From Dicyema japonicum (lineage: Eukaryota > Animalia > Dicyemida), in assembly GCA_011109175.1 (NCBI GenBank), contig RDEW01000001.1, forward strand, positions 729,607 to 793,606: a stretch of 64,000 bases of DNA, read 5' to 3'. Position 1 is the stretch's first letter; each line of letters starts with the position of its first letter. Both the position numbers and the translations under genes were made by a program. The notes below the pieces were generated by a model, which saw only the letters and a program-made list of their open reading frames with translations, was not told the DNA's origin and ran no database searches. Of the stretch, positions 40,194 through 52,299 are shown in pieces.

Positions 40194-41804
40194 TGTCTAA
40201 TTCCGCGATCCGAATTCTATATTGGGGAGGACCTGAATGCTATCAGAAGTTTGGCGAGTAACAGGGAAGGATGGACAAGATTGATCCGAAAAATCGCTTT
40301 AAGTGCAGCACGTGTATAAATATAAAAATTATTATTCTACGATAGTTGCCTTTAATAATATTAAACATTTTAAAAAGTTATTAAACAAATCTGAAAACCC
40401 TGTAACAAATAATAGAATTTTTGTCGGATGGCGCAGTGTTATAAGTACCAGACAAAATTCAGATGTCCGGTTTGAATCTCGCTACTGTCAATCCTGGTTC
40501 AAAGATCATGCATCTAAGATACTTCAAGGCTTGACGAGTAACACCGTCGTCAGGTGATCTATTAAAGAACTCGTTAAATGATAACTGATTTTCTGAAGAG
40601 CCGACAGTGTTTGATGTTCTTCATTTTTGTCTGAAGTAGTAGTTCATATAATACTGCATTTTACGGAGAGCCTTATTAGCTATTGCTCCTTCCTGGTAGG
40701 ATCCACACTTTATTTTAAGTAAAAAACAGTTATCATAACTAATTGATGAGGGAAAATCAATGAATGAGCTTATTGCCCGATAACTGATTGTTAAATACCC
40801 AGGTTTCCCAGATTCACGAATTTCCTTACCTCCGTCAATTTCCAATTATTATTATTATTAAATACAAAAAATCACCGACAAATTAAATAACTACATAGCC
40901 GCCAGGTGATTCCGGCCGCCTCGAGTAGCCATCTCATTCTTGCTCGGTGTTCTTCCAGGGTTCTAACGCATTTCCGGATTGGGCGGGGGTTTCTAACTTT
41001 TTTGTAGGGTAGTAAGGCTCCGGATTTCCTCACAAATTCATCAAAAGGTGTAGGGTTTAGAGGTCTCCAAGAAAACCTTTGCAAAACCTTAATGCGAATG
41101 TATATAACCCAACCTGATACTGCACGTATAGAGACATCCCAGATATTCATAGAGTACCTGGGGTGCTTCCTTGAATTAACAAATAGAGATCTTGTCCTTT
41201 CCAAACATTGGTTTTGGTGCATTTACCGCATTTTCAACTTTTCCAGTATTTATAGGGTTGTGACTTAGAGGTAAAGAACTAATTAATTTTCCAGCTTTTC
41301 TTTTAGAAAAGTGAAGGCTAAAGGAGACAGTCGCTCATCAGGGTTAACCTGCTGTATTTTCGAGAGTTCGTCCCTAAACAGGATAGGAATTTCTTCTAAA
41401 AATACAGGAGACCCACATGACATGGCAACAGTGGAATTTCTATTCTGGATTTACGTCCGGTTACTTTATTTAGACTTTCCAAAAGTTTGGGTTTTTTTCG
41501 ATACAATCCGCTCCACTGAGCTATCCAAAAATTATTCTTCTTTACTTTTTCTAATCTGCGTATTTCTTGCGTGATCATCATAATATCTAGCTCCATGAGC
41601 ATACGGTCATGGGGATCAGGACATCGACGTAGTTCGTTTTTGCAAACATTGTTTCCTTTTCAAAAAAACTATAATATTTTTTGTTGTCAAAAAAAGAATT
41701 CTTGTTAACCGAATAGACTTTATTCGACTATATGCTTCGAGGTACGATTAAAAAAAATAATTTGAGTCACTCGAACTCTCAAGATAAGGATACGAAGATT
41801 GCAC

Positions 41805-44560
41805 TTTTTTTAGGTCAAAATTTCCCATTTATAAAGTCAAAAAAATCGCCCAAATTATAACAAAAATAAAATTGGGGTTGACGAGTGACGCCGTTATCAG
41901 CGAGCGTATCATCTCTGCGGAACTGAATTGTCTTCTGGGAATAGACTCACAAACAAGAAAAAAAGTCAACAAAATTTTCAGTGTCTTAGATATGCCTTGG
42001 ATTAATTAACATTACTGGTCTTACTCTTAAAATAAAGTGTGACGTCTTCCTAAGGTGAGGTTAAAGTAATTGAAACAATACATACTTCTTCCGTAAGGAC
42101 TGTTAAATAAATAAAATTGTATAATTTCAATAAAATGAGTTTATGACAACATTCAATTTTAAATTAAATTGTCATCGGCTTCATTGTTTGTGACCTTGCG
42201 GCTAATTTCGTTTGAGAAAAACAAATTTATATATTCATTCCATCGAGAGACATAGTAGGTAATTAAGTAGACATTTTGTGGAATAAAGGTTCGAACAATT
42301 AACCAATTTACTATCTTATCCTATCTATTTTAAGAAAATCAGAGCAGCAAAAATTTATTAATGAATTTGTGTATGAATAAACGATTTGTGTATGAATTCC
42401 TTTTATGCCACCTATTAATAAATATCTGTATTATTTGTTAATACTGGCATTAATTTTTATATTCAATTCACTTCAGAATATTCTCCTAGTATTAATCTTT
42501 TATTTTTTAAATAAAAACGTTTTAATACAAAAACAAGCAGTTAACTACTAGTGGCCAGTCTCATAATTGAGAACCCATTTTCCCTGACGAATTAAAGGAA
42601 ATACGTTTACAATTTAAAGATATATTAAATCATTTGGTAACAAATATTTATTCGATTGTGGGATAAAATAGTTGTTTTGATCATTTACGAATATCGCTGA
42701 TTAAGTTTTTCTTCGATCATTAAAGATTCCGCCAAAACCGAAGGACTTTTGGTGGATTACGATAAAATACCATGAAATTCTTAAAGACGTTTAACTTTGC
42801 ATTATGGAGTAGGACTTTCTTGATTAATGAATTCATGAAAATAAGTGTAATTATAAAATTAATATAAAAATCATTTTTTAATTATTAAAAATAAATTCAA
42901 TAATATAACAAGTGACCTAAATTATACACATCGACGTGTTCATTTTACATAATTATGTTGTTGTTAATATTTTTGTCTTCAATCACGAATTTAGACTTTA
43001 AACATCCAATGTCAGTATATGTAAAAAGTGTATTGAAAAGTACACTTACAAATGTATTTATGAATAATAATGGTAGACAAATAATTATTCAATTAAAACT
43101 ATTTCTGCGGTGTATTATGGTAAAATGCCATTTACAATCAAAAGAAATATCTACCAATTTTTTATTAAATTCTCAGACAAATTTTACAACATCTCAATAA
43201 AAATAGAATTAAATTCTAGTATTTAATAGTTAACACTCAAAGATAATAAAACCTACACAAATACAACAAATCTTCCAAATATTAAACATGGAGATTATTA
43301 CAGATGCGGATATATGTCCGTAAGTTTTGAGAATGGTAATACTCTCACATTATATTCTTTGTTGTTAAAATACTACACTAAACTATCATATCCATATTTC
43401 ATTGGAAAAGGTTTGACATAATTTAATTTAGCACATGACTGTGATCCATCTAACGATCCAAATGTTCAATATTGGTATTTTATTGCGGAAAATCGATTGA
43501 AAGGAATATTAAGTGGAAATTTTAGAATCACACGTTTTCATAATCACAATGTTGAAATAGTAAATTGTATATTTTAATATTAGATTGATGATTTGTCATT
43601 AATTTACGAGAATCTGGATTCGAAGATTAATTTTGATAACAATAGTTTTGAGTTATCTCTTAAGGGGAATAATTTAGAGATACTTTTTACATTTATTTTG
43701 TCTCAAAACAAATATTATATTTCCAATATTCAGATAGTCATCGATGATATCTATAATGGGTCTTGGACTCCTAATAAGAGCAAATTGATTGATGTTGGAA
43801 ATTCCTGTAACTTCAAATTGTCTCTCACTAAATTTTCTGATAACATATATGCTGAATTTTCATCATTTAAGGCACAAATTATTCTGAGTGAATTTAAATC
43901 CCATTATACTGGAAAAGGTTTGATTTTTCCTAAATTTTAGAGTCAGAATGTTTTGAAGAAGTAACTCCTGTAAAAAATACAAATTCTAATCATTCAAAAA
44001 ATTTTATAATTATAGGAATTATGATATCTGTTCTAACACTTACAATAATTGGAGTCATCACATTTGTCATAAAATACCGAAATATAATAAGACCAATGGA
44101 ATATATTCCTATTTTATAACAGCAATTAATTTCCTCGTTGTTTTTTTATTTTAAATTCTTCCAGCACGTTCATAATAATTTCGTAATTATCCTCTTTCAA
44201 GTAGCTCTTTTCTTGTTTTGTCTCTTAAGTAGTCATGGTCTTTTGCATTTTCAACTTTTTTTCTGACATCGTGATTATGGAATGCGCCCAGACAGGATCA
44301 TAGTATTTTATTCTATCTTGAAAAGTCTGATTCGCAATGTGGCATCGGCATACATATATTTAGAGTTAGAGAACTTAAATAATCTATTACAAAAGCGTCT
44401 AACCAGATTTTATTAGCAGACTGTTGTCGCCGAGACGAGTGAAGTCATGGGGCCTCAAAATTTTTTTTAAGATTGCTTATGTCAATAAGATCGATATTGA
44501 GCAACCTTCTATATAAATTGTAACAATCGATTTTCCTTATAATGACCTTAAATTTGAAGA
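41805..44560 (+). repeat. ~2.75-kb LAMP-like gene cassette, copy 2
   Basis: Collinear with 52300-54845 (+) and 30920-33985 (-); starts in a SINE-A-like remnant at 41876-41966. Confidence 0.9.
42955..44119 (+). CDS. LAMP-like type-I membrane glycoprotein, 349 aa, 6 exons, intact
   Basis: Introns 43054-43076, 43219-43242, 43411-43431, 43560-43583 and 43918-43940 (21-24 nt, all GT-AG) give a 1050-nt stop-free CDS: MLLLIFLSSITNL.. signal, GDYYRC..AHDC, DPSNDP hinge, VGNSC..FKAQI..SEC, TM FIIIGIMISVLTLTIIGVITFVI, tail KYRNIIRPMEYIPIL*. Confidence 0.85.
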
Positions 44561-45019
44561 CCATGACATCGGTCCCTGATTTTTAAAGGAAAAACAAAAT
44601 TTCTAATCTTGTACAAAAACATGTTCGACGTAATATATAACAAAAATGGGAGACCTTATAAATTTGGATTGGTTAAAGTCAAATTCTTGAACGGGTTAGG
44701 GTGAATTAGAATGGATTAGGATGTATTAGAGAACGATTTTGGGTAATTAGAGCATCGGTTGTTTCTATACATTCATAAAGTTTATTTTATTGACAGAATA
44801 CGATGTTCGAACTCTAATTAAATTCACTTTTAAGTTTTATCCATAAATTCTTTTTTTTATTTTTGATATTAATATATTATTACTATAAATAAATCCTTAG
44901 TTAAACGCAATTCAAATTTTATTATACATAATTCAAATATGAATTTTTTAGGGTTTCTGTGTTATCCAAGCGTCAGCGCTCTTAAAAAGAGAGTGCAACC
45001 ACCAAAAAACCAGAAGTAT

Positions 45020-45480
45020 TCAGGATAACCCTGATTAATGCCCGTTCTTTTTGGAAACGGGCCTCAGTGCTGGTTGCTCTAGCCAGCACGATCCAAATGG
45101 ATGTTCTAATTATAAACGAAACTAAATTGAAGAAAAGACCAATTAAAATTGATAGATACGACTCATTAGATAATTGTTGGAAGATTGGTTCTTGTGCTAG
45201 AACAGGAACTTCAATTTACTACAAAACTTCTTTAAATACAAGACTACCCACGATCGATGAAAAAAATCTTTGTGAACTAGCAAGCATTCAACTACAAACA
45301 ACCATGGGATGGATAACTATCGGAGGAATCTATTCTAAAAAAACTACGAGAGTATCCATGGATTGTTGACAAATATGGAAAACAATAAATATCCAATCCT
45401 TGTTGGGGACATGAACGCTAAACATACTGACTATAATTGTGTAACAAACAATCAAGATGGAAAATGTTTTTGTAAAATGG
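45020..45480 (+). mobile_element. Jockey-like LINE endonuclease fragment
   Basis: LINARS...DVLIINETKL...GTSIYYK...IGGIYS...ILVGDMNAKH. Confidence 0.8.
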
Positions 45481-46849
45481 ACAAAGTCTGGAGAGTTAAA
45501 GATTTTAACTTCAGTCGAAATTATGCAATTAAACTCGCACATGGATTGGATTAGCATTTTTAATTCTTTTGATAATGTTGCAATTGTTCAATTCTTTTGG
45601 TTATAATGGAAATACATCGTGATTTCTTTGGTTTCATTAATGACTCCTGTAACAATATGTTTTGGACTGATAAGTTTGACATATCATACCGGACACGAAG
45701 ATGGCCCGGGTTCTCATACAATACGACAATAAATGAATAAATTCTCACAGTTTATCACGAGTCCTCTTATATTTTTTTATTTTAATTAATTTAAAAAAAT
45801 AAATTAAAAATTTAACTTTGGCGGTAAATTTAAATTTGATAAATATTGAGCCAGGAAGAAAACAGTCAGAAATAGTAATCTACTAAATAATTTAATTAAT
45901 TTAAAAAAATAAATTAAAAATTTAACTTTGGCGGTAAATTTAAATTTGATAAATATTGAGCCAGGAAGGAAACAGTCAGAAATAGTAATCTACTAAATAA
46001 TATTAGTTTCTTCTAATATACTAAACAACTCACTTCAGGAAATAATCTCTGATTTGAATAAAAAAAGATGAGGATATATTTATTCAAACAAATTCAAGGA
46101 AGAAATGGAGAAATTTACTAGAATGGAGTGAATCCAAGAGAACTTGTACAATGCTTATGAACAAGAAAGGAGGATACTTGAAAATAACATTGACGTTATA
46201 ATAGCACTAATTACTAGAAAATCAAGGAATCAATTCAAGAGATAACGAATGAAGAGGTTAAGATAGGCAAATTCAAATCATCTTTACTATTATATGGATC
46301 TAGTCTATATTTTCAATAGTTTGTCGTTACCTTATTTTATTGGATGTATGTGGACTGAAAAGAAGGAGTTCGAATTTATTTGACGTCCTATATTTCTTTT
46401 ATATTAAGCGGTTTTAAGGATTTTATAGAGGAGGCAGTTTTGTAGGTTGATTGCACTCAGGAGATCATTTTGACGGAAGTATTCAAAATGGATATAATCG
46501 AGTCCGATGACTATGTTGGTGTCTTAATGAATAATTTGTGTAAGGAAAAGCGGAGGGAAATGAATATTCCGTTTTGTGTTGAATAAACATGTTATTGAGG
46601 ATGTTGGTTTTACTGCTGTGATGTAGTATGTATGTAGAAGAGTTGAGAAGGATTTTACATAAACTACTTCGACCCAGGTTTATACACGAGGCATGTTAAG
46701 GCTTTAAAGTTCCTTTTCCTGCAAAAAGACGATTTCGTACGAATATAAGAAAAAAGGGAGTTGTGAAAGTGTAGAACATTCGAAAACATCATTGGGAAGA
46801 ATTATTACCCAAGGATTACTAAATCCAAAAAAACGAAGTAAAGTTTTTA

Positions 46850-47760
46850 ATTTACTAATTGATCCCAGACAGACAATGGGAAGGACGAGTACAGTGGGGT
46901 CGAGAATCCTGAACGTCCCTTCTCATTAGACATGACATCGGCTCAAAATTTTGGTATGATTGTAGATATTTCGATTGTGTATGGAATAGAGGGGAGCTTG
47001 GTAAACTAGCCTCCTTTAAGAGTTATCGTTATAATTAGAATAAGAGATTCTCAATGGGCTGGATTTTGTGTTCTGGTCCAATTATCTTTATTGCGGTCTC
47101 TTCGATTGCGGATAGTTTCAATGAGGAGAAAATCTGCATTGCCCACAAAGGACTTGCATACGACATCATGGGTCGGATTGATTGTTAATAAATCGTGCAA
47201 ATACACCAGTGTGTTTTTAAGTGATTTTGAGAGAACTTTTAAAATTCTCATTTTTTTAGAGCAGAATTTACTACGTTCTCAACATGTCTGATAAAAGTGA
47301 GTCCCTTATCAAAGGTGAATCCCAGAATTTTCGGTGTTTTGTCAATAGAAATTTCCTCGTTCTTCATAAAGAATTTTGGTTTGACACAGAGCTGTCTTTT
47401 ATATGTAACAGCGTTACAGAAGACCCAAAAATCTTAACTCCCTACACGAAGGCAATTACGAATACTTTGCGGGGTACAATGTCCGACACGTATCAAAAAT
47501 GAGGCACTGTACCAAAAGTGCTTAACGCGACCTGCCCACATCACTTGCAAGTTTGGAAATGGAAAAATATTTTGCTGCAAGTGGAAAGAAATATCGGGGG
47601 AGCTCGCACTACGCAACCGGGGAAGTTGAATGAGGATCTCAAGACAATCAACTAGAGGCTCGTAAGAGGGGAGGAAGGAAACCGAAAACTCTTTATTCAA
47701 CAAGAATTAGGAGTTAGTTTGGAGGTTATTAACAAGTCCGCCTTTGCTGGCTAACAAGTC
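46850..47760 (-). mobile_element. 3' portion of the same LINE family as 36770-39110
   Basis: 47535-47745 is highly similar to 36775-36995 (ACATCACTTGCAA...TTTATTCAACA.GAATTAGGA). Confidence 0.7.
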
Positions 47761-47971
47761 CGCTTTCGCTGGCTCGAATTTTCCATTGACAATTTGTTAG
47801 ACTTGAAGATATTGAAACATTGTATTCTAACATATTATGTCACATGGGCGACGCGTAACGCATGGGCAGCCTGTTACATTTTTTCGACCTTGAAAAGGTC
47901 TTTTGATTATCCGACATTATTATTATTACCCCCAGGATCACTGGGTCAAAAAGAAAGAAATAAAAGTTCTC

Positions 47972-48770
47972 NNNNNNNNNNNNNNNNNNNNNNNNNNNNN
48001 NNNNNNNNNNNNNNNNNNNNNNNNNNNNNNNNNNNNNNNNNNNNNNNNNNNNNNNNNNNNNNNNNNNNNNNNNNNNNNNNNNNNNNNNNNNNNNNNNNNN
48101 NNNNNNNNNNNNNNNNNNNNNNNNNNNNNNNNNNNNNNNNNNNNNNNNNNNNNNNNNNNNNNNNNNNNNNNNNNNNNNNNNNNNNNNNNNNNNNNNNNNN
48201 NNNNNNNNNNNNNNNNNNNNNNNNNNNNNNNNNNNNNNNNNNNNNNNNNNNNNNNNNNNNNNNNNNNNNNNNNNNNNNNNNNNNNNNNNNNNNNNNNNNN
48301 NNNNNNNNNNNNNNNNNNNNNNNNNNNNNNNNNNNNNNNNNNNNNNNNNNNNNNNNNNNNNNNNNNNNNNNNNNNNNNNNNNNNNNNNNNNNNNNNNNNN
48401 NNNNNNNNNNNNNNNNNNNNNNNNNNNNNNNNNNNNNNNNNNNNNNNNNNNNNNNNNNNNNNNNNNNNNNNNNNNNNNNNNNNNNNNNNNNNNNNNNNNN
48501 NNNNNNNNNNNNNNNNNNNNNNNNNNNNNNNNNNNNNNNNNNNNNNNNNNNNNNNNNNNNNNNNNNNNNNNNNNNNNNNNNNNNNNNNNNNNNNNNNNNN
48601 NNNNNNNNNNNNNNNNNNNNNNNNNNNNNNNNNNNNNNNNNNNNNNNNNNNNNNNNNNNNNNNNNNNNNNNNNNNNNNNNNNNNNNNNNNNNNNNNNNNN
48701 NNNNNNNNNNNNNNNNNNNNNNNNNNNNNNNNNNNNNNNNNNNNNNNNNNNNNNNNNNNNNNNNNNNNNN
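47972..48770. other. Assembly gap (799 N)
   Basis: Run of N; the four long ORFs spanning it in the track are artefacts. Confidence 1.
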
Positions 48771-49011
48771 AGTAGCAGCCATACACATTTGCATTTGGAA
48801 AAATTCTGTTGATAGCATTGATCCCTGCTCCCTCATAATCTATGGTAAATGACGTACATGTTTTACACAATGTAGCATGCATAGTGTATAACTGAAAACC
48901 TAATGGAGCTGAATCAAAAGTACCATCACACAACCAATGTTCTTTCATAGACATAAGATAAAGGTTTTTTGCTGTTGTTAATAAAAGCAATCCATCACTA
49001 TTGTGTAGCAC
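48771..49011 (-). mobile_element. MULE/Mutator transposase fragment running into the gap
   Basis: WLCDGTFDSAPLGFQLYTMH...IDYEGAGINAINRIFPNANVYGCY (DGTF / D.E.A..NA...FP...GC.FH). Confidence 0.85.
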
Positions 49012-49829
49012 TACATTTTTATTTGTTTTATCGTTATTCTGTTACTAAGGTGGTTTGCTAGGCCTGTAATTTTCATTACTGTTGTCTAGAGTAGGTTAAT
49101 AGAGCTTGTTAACTTTTAGGCTCAGTGTTTTTGATTCAACAATATGACCACCTCAGTAAAACTTTAACGGATCCTTGGCCGTACTCTGTCAACAAAATTT
49201 ATACATTTATGGAGGATGTTACAACATAAATCAACGTTCGGCATTATATTGGCAGTAGTTGACCAGAACTTAGGTATCTAAATACTCTCTAGACTGTGAT
49301 ATATCCAAAAATGAGGCAACTGATTCCGCCTGTTGGTCTCTCAAAGAACTGACTACCACCTATAGTGAAGAAGTAGTTTAGAGCGAAACCATATTTGTTG
49401 GCCTACTTAGTGTTTGCATGGTTCTGGAAAATTCAGTTTATTACTGACTTCAGCACGTGTGTGATTTCTGGCTTTTTTAGACAATATTTTATAGAAGACA
49501 ATTGGTTTGTCGATATCTTTTGCGTATTCAATTTTCAACTGAGTGCTGGGTCTTCAGAACCATTACCTAGAGGACATTCAACTTCTGGAGACCTTTCATT
49601 TTTTGATTGGAAAAACATAATGTTGCGTCAAGTGGTTTTCCTATTTAGTGACGCCCAAAATCTTGAAAAAATCATTTTCAAGATTTATTTGGACTAGAAA
49701 TGTTCTAAAAGCAGCAATTTGACTTCTTCTTTGTAATGATTTTCACCTTCATCACAATAATCAGGACGGTCTTCAACTGAATTCATGGTCAGTTCCTTTC
49801 GTTTAAAGAGAATTGATATAGATACTTCT

Positions 49830-50100
49830 TACATAATATCAAAAATATTCACAATGCAGCAAAGGCGTACTCGATACTGGGTAGAACGAATTGTTTGTAT
49901 AGAAGCTTTAACGATGGGCGGAAAGATACCGGAGAGTGAGTGAAAGCCTTGAGAATTCCAATTTTCATTTGGATCCGCGAGGTTACTAGGTCCACTTGAT
50001 GGGTAAATGTAAGTAGGGGATCCGGATGACTCTAAGAATTGAAAGGGTTTTTTTATTGGGAAACGGGGAATCATAAAATGTTATTCGTGGTGTTGTCTGT
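49830..50100 (-). mobile_element. LINE RT thumb-region fragment
   Basis: DPLLTFTHQV...IGILKAF...SLKLLYKQFVLPSIEYA. Confidence 0.65.
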
Positions 50101-50399
50101 AATTCTTTTCGTGCTGAGGTAAACGTCAGAGGGAAAGAATATAAATTTAAACCAATTAGCCACATAACACCACATGGCACAACACGGTTTTTTTCAAAAT
50201 TGATACTTTTGTTCACTTATTACAGAATTAAATAAGTATAAAAATGAAATATCCCCTCACTGATAACAAAATATTTTTACAAATTTTATTGCATTAAAAT
50301 TTAATTAAAATTGAAACTAAAACTAACAAACATAAAAAAAGCATTCCTAGCTAACATGTGAGGGATAGTAGAGAATATAGAGAATATACCTCGAAGTTC

Positions 50400-51060
50400 T
50401 TTGCCTGGTTTTGACAGGTTTCGACTTGCAAACGTAGATTCCTCTGCAATTTGGATCCTTCATCAAGCTCGTGGTCATAGTGTCCGTTGAAATGCTTCGG
50501 TTTTACTCCAACTGCTGAATGGGCCGCCCACTTTATTGCATCGATGAAGTCTTGTTACAGCTCCACAGGCATTTTCTCTTTATTCCACTGTCGGATCTTT
50601 TCTCTGAATGTATTTTGATAGCTTTCCCGAGTCGGTCCTTCAATGCAGGATTGTTCCACTACGAATTTCCTTTCTGATATATTTATGCGAGCCGCTTTAA
50701 AGCCCCAAAATATCGTTTGAAAAAGATACGTGCCACAACCAATCTGTGATCACTATCTACTGTGTCCCACTGTAGCTCGGAGAATCTGTTAGTAGTGCTT
50801 TGTAGGCTTGTTTTCAGACAATGTAATCTATTTAGTTATATATAGGCTTGATAATCCTAGATTTGTCCTTTCGGTAGGAGCTCCACATCGTCTTTTATCT
50901 TGCAGAGTGCCTGAAAGAAGTATTGATTAGAAATAGTTTGAATGTATTGCAAAATTCGACAAGCGATTCTCCTGAATGGTTCATGATCCCTACTCTATGG
51001 AATCCCATCAATTCTTCGTGACTACTCTCACGTCCAGCCTTTGCGTTGTCCGGCAATGTA
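50400..51060 (-). mobile_element. RTE endonuclease fragment
   Basis: NHSGESLVEFCNTFKLFLINTSFRH...IDYIV...DSDHRLVVARI. Confidence 0.8.
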
Positions 51061-51530
51061 TATCATGAACGACGATTCCAAAGATTCATATACTTGGGGC
51101 AAGGAAAAATAGAACTCGTATAGTTCGTCTCAATTGATTGATAATCTCACTGAAGTGCAAATAATAATAATTGAGATTATGGAATTGTTCTTTTCACCGT
51201 ATTTTAATACATATTCTATCACTCACCCTCTACGTCTTGTGGATTCGATTCTTCAGTTTTTTTGCGTATTGCAAATCCCATGTCGTAGTGTGGGCAATTC
51301 GAAAGGTGCAGATTCAGCCGGAAATCATTATTCATTATTGACTGTATCTAGTGCACTTAGTACTTTCGTTTCCTGTAAGCAAGCCATGGATACCTTGAAT
51401 GATCCAAGATCCAGGCATAAATTTTTTCTTTTAGTATCCGACTTTAATCCTCTTACATTGAACGAGCTAATAGAGAAAGATCCCGAAGAAAAGCAAGAAA
51501 AAGACATGTGTGCAATAGAGCCACGTCACA

Positions 51531-51737
51531 CTGGTGGCTTAGTGGTTAGGTATCGGGCTAAAGTGGCTTAGGTTACGGGTTCCATTTTCGCTGCTGTTCA
51601 CCTGGTAGAAGGTTCCACGCATCTACGATGTTAAATGAGTTTGACGAGTGACGGCGTCATCAGTGGATACTCATTGCGGATTTGGATTGTCTAGAAAAGA
51701 CCCACACACAAAAAAAGAAATAAAGAAATAAAGAAAA
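51531..51737 (+). mobile_element. Near full-length tRNA-derived SINE (family A)
   Basis: A-box TGGCTTAGTGG at 51535-51545, degenerate B-box GGTTCCATTT at ~51578, a body shared with several other copies, and an A-rich (AAAGAAAT)n tail. Confidence 0.75.
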
Positions 51738-52299
51738 TACTTTGGTTCTACGATTAGTTAATATTAACTATTCTTTACATAAATAAAGTGTGTGTTCTGC
51801 TTATGCGGAGTATAAATATTATGGCTTTCGTGAAGAGGCTGTTTTATTATTTTGGAAGACCAAGAATAGAAAAATTCCCAAAAGTTCCAAATGTATAACA
51901 ATGCTTTATCGGTTGTGGTACCATTTTATACTTGTCAGATCATAGCGTACTAGAGCAGGTTTGACCTCTAAAGGACTTAGGTTGAGATTATAAATGATTA
52001 ATAAATGATCACTACCAATATCACCATGCGTAATCGGTTGTTTCAAAAATTGATGATAAAAATCAGAAATTAACGCCATTCCCAAATAATCCGAGCGACT
52101 TAGAAAATAGTAATTCGGGAGTCATGGACATCACAACAGAAAACCCAGAAGACAAAGACATGTCCTTCAAAACAAGGCCTTCTCTGTTCGTCTCCAAATA
52201 ACAAAACGAGGAATCTTTCGAGTTTAACCCCCCAAAAAATCGAAAACGGTGCCTTTTCATCATCAAAAAAATTTCTCGATAAGATAAGAATACGAAAAT

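Noticed and set aside
47794-49011. Four 290-357 aa ORFs in the track
   Set aside because: They are produced by translating through the 799-N gap
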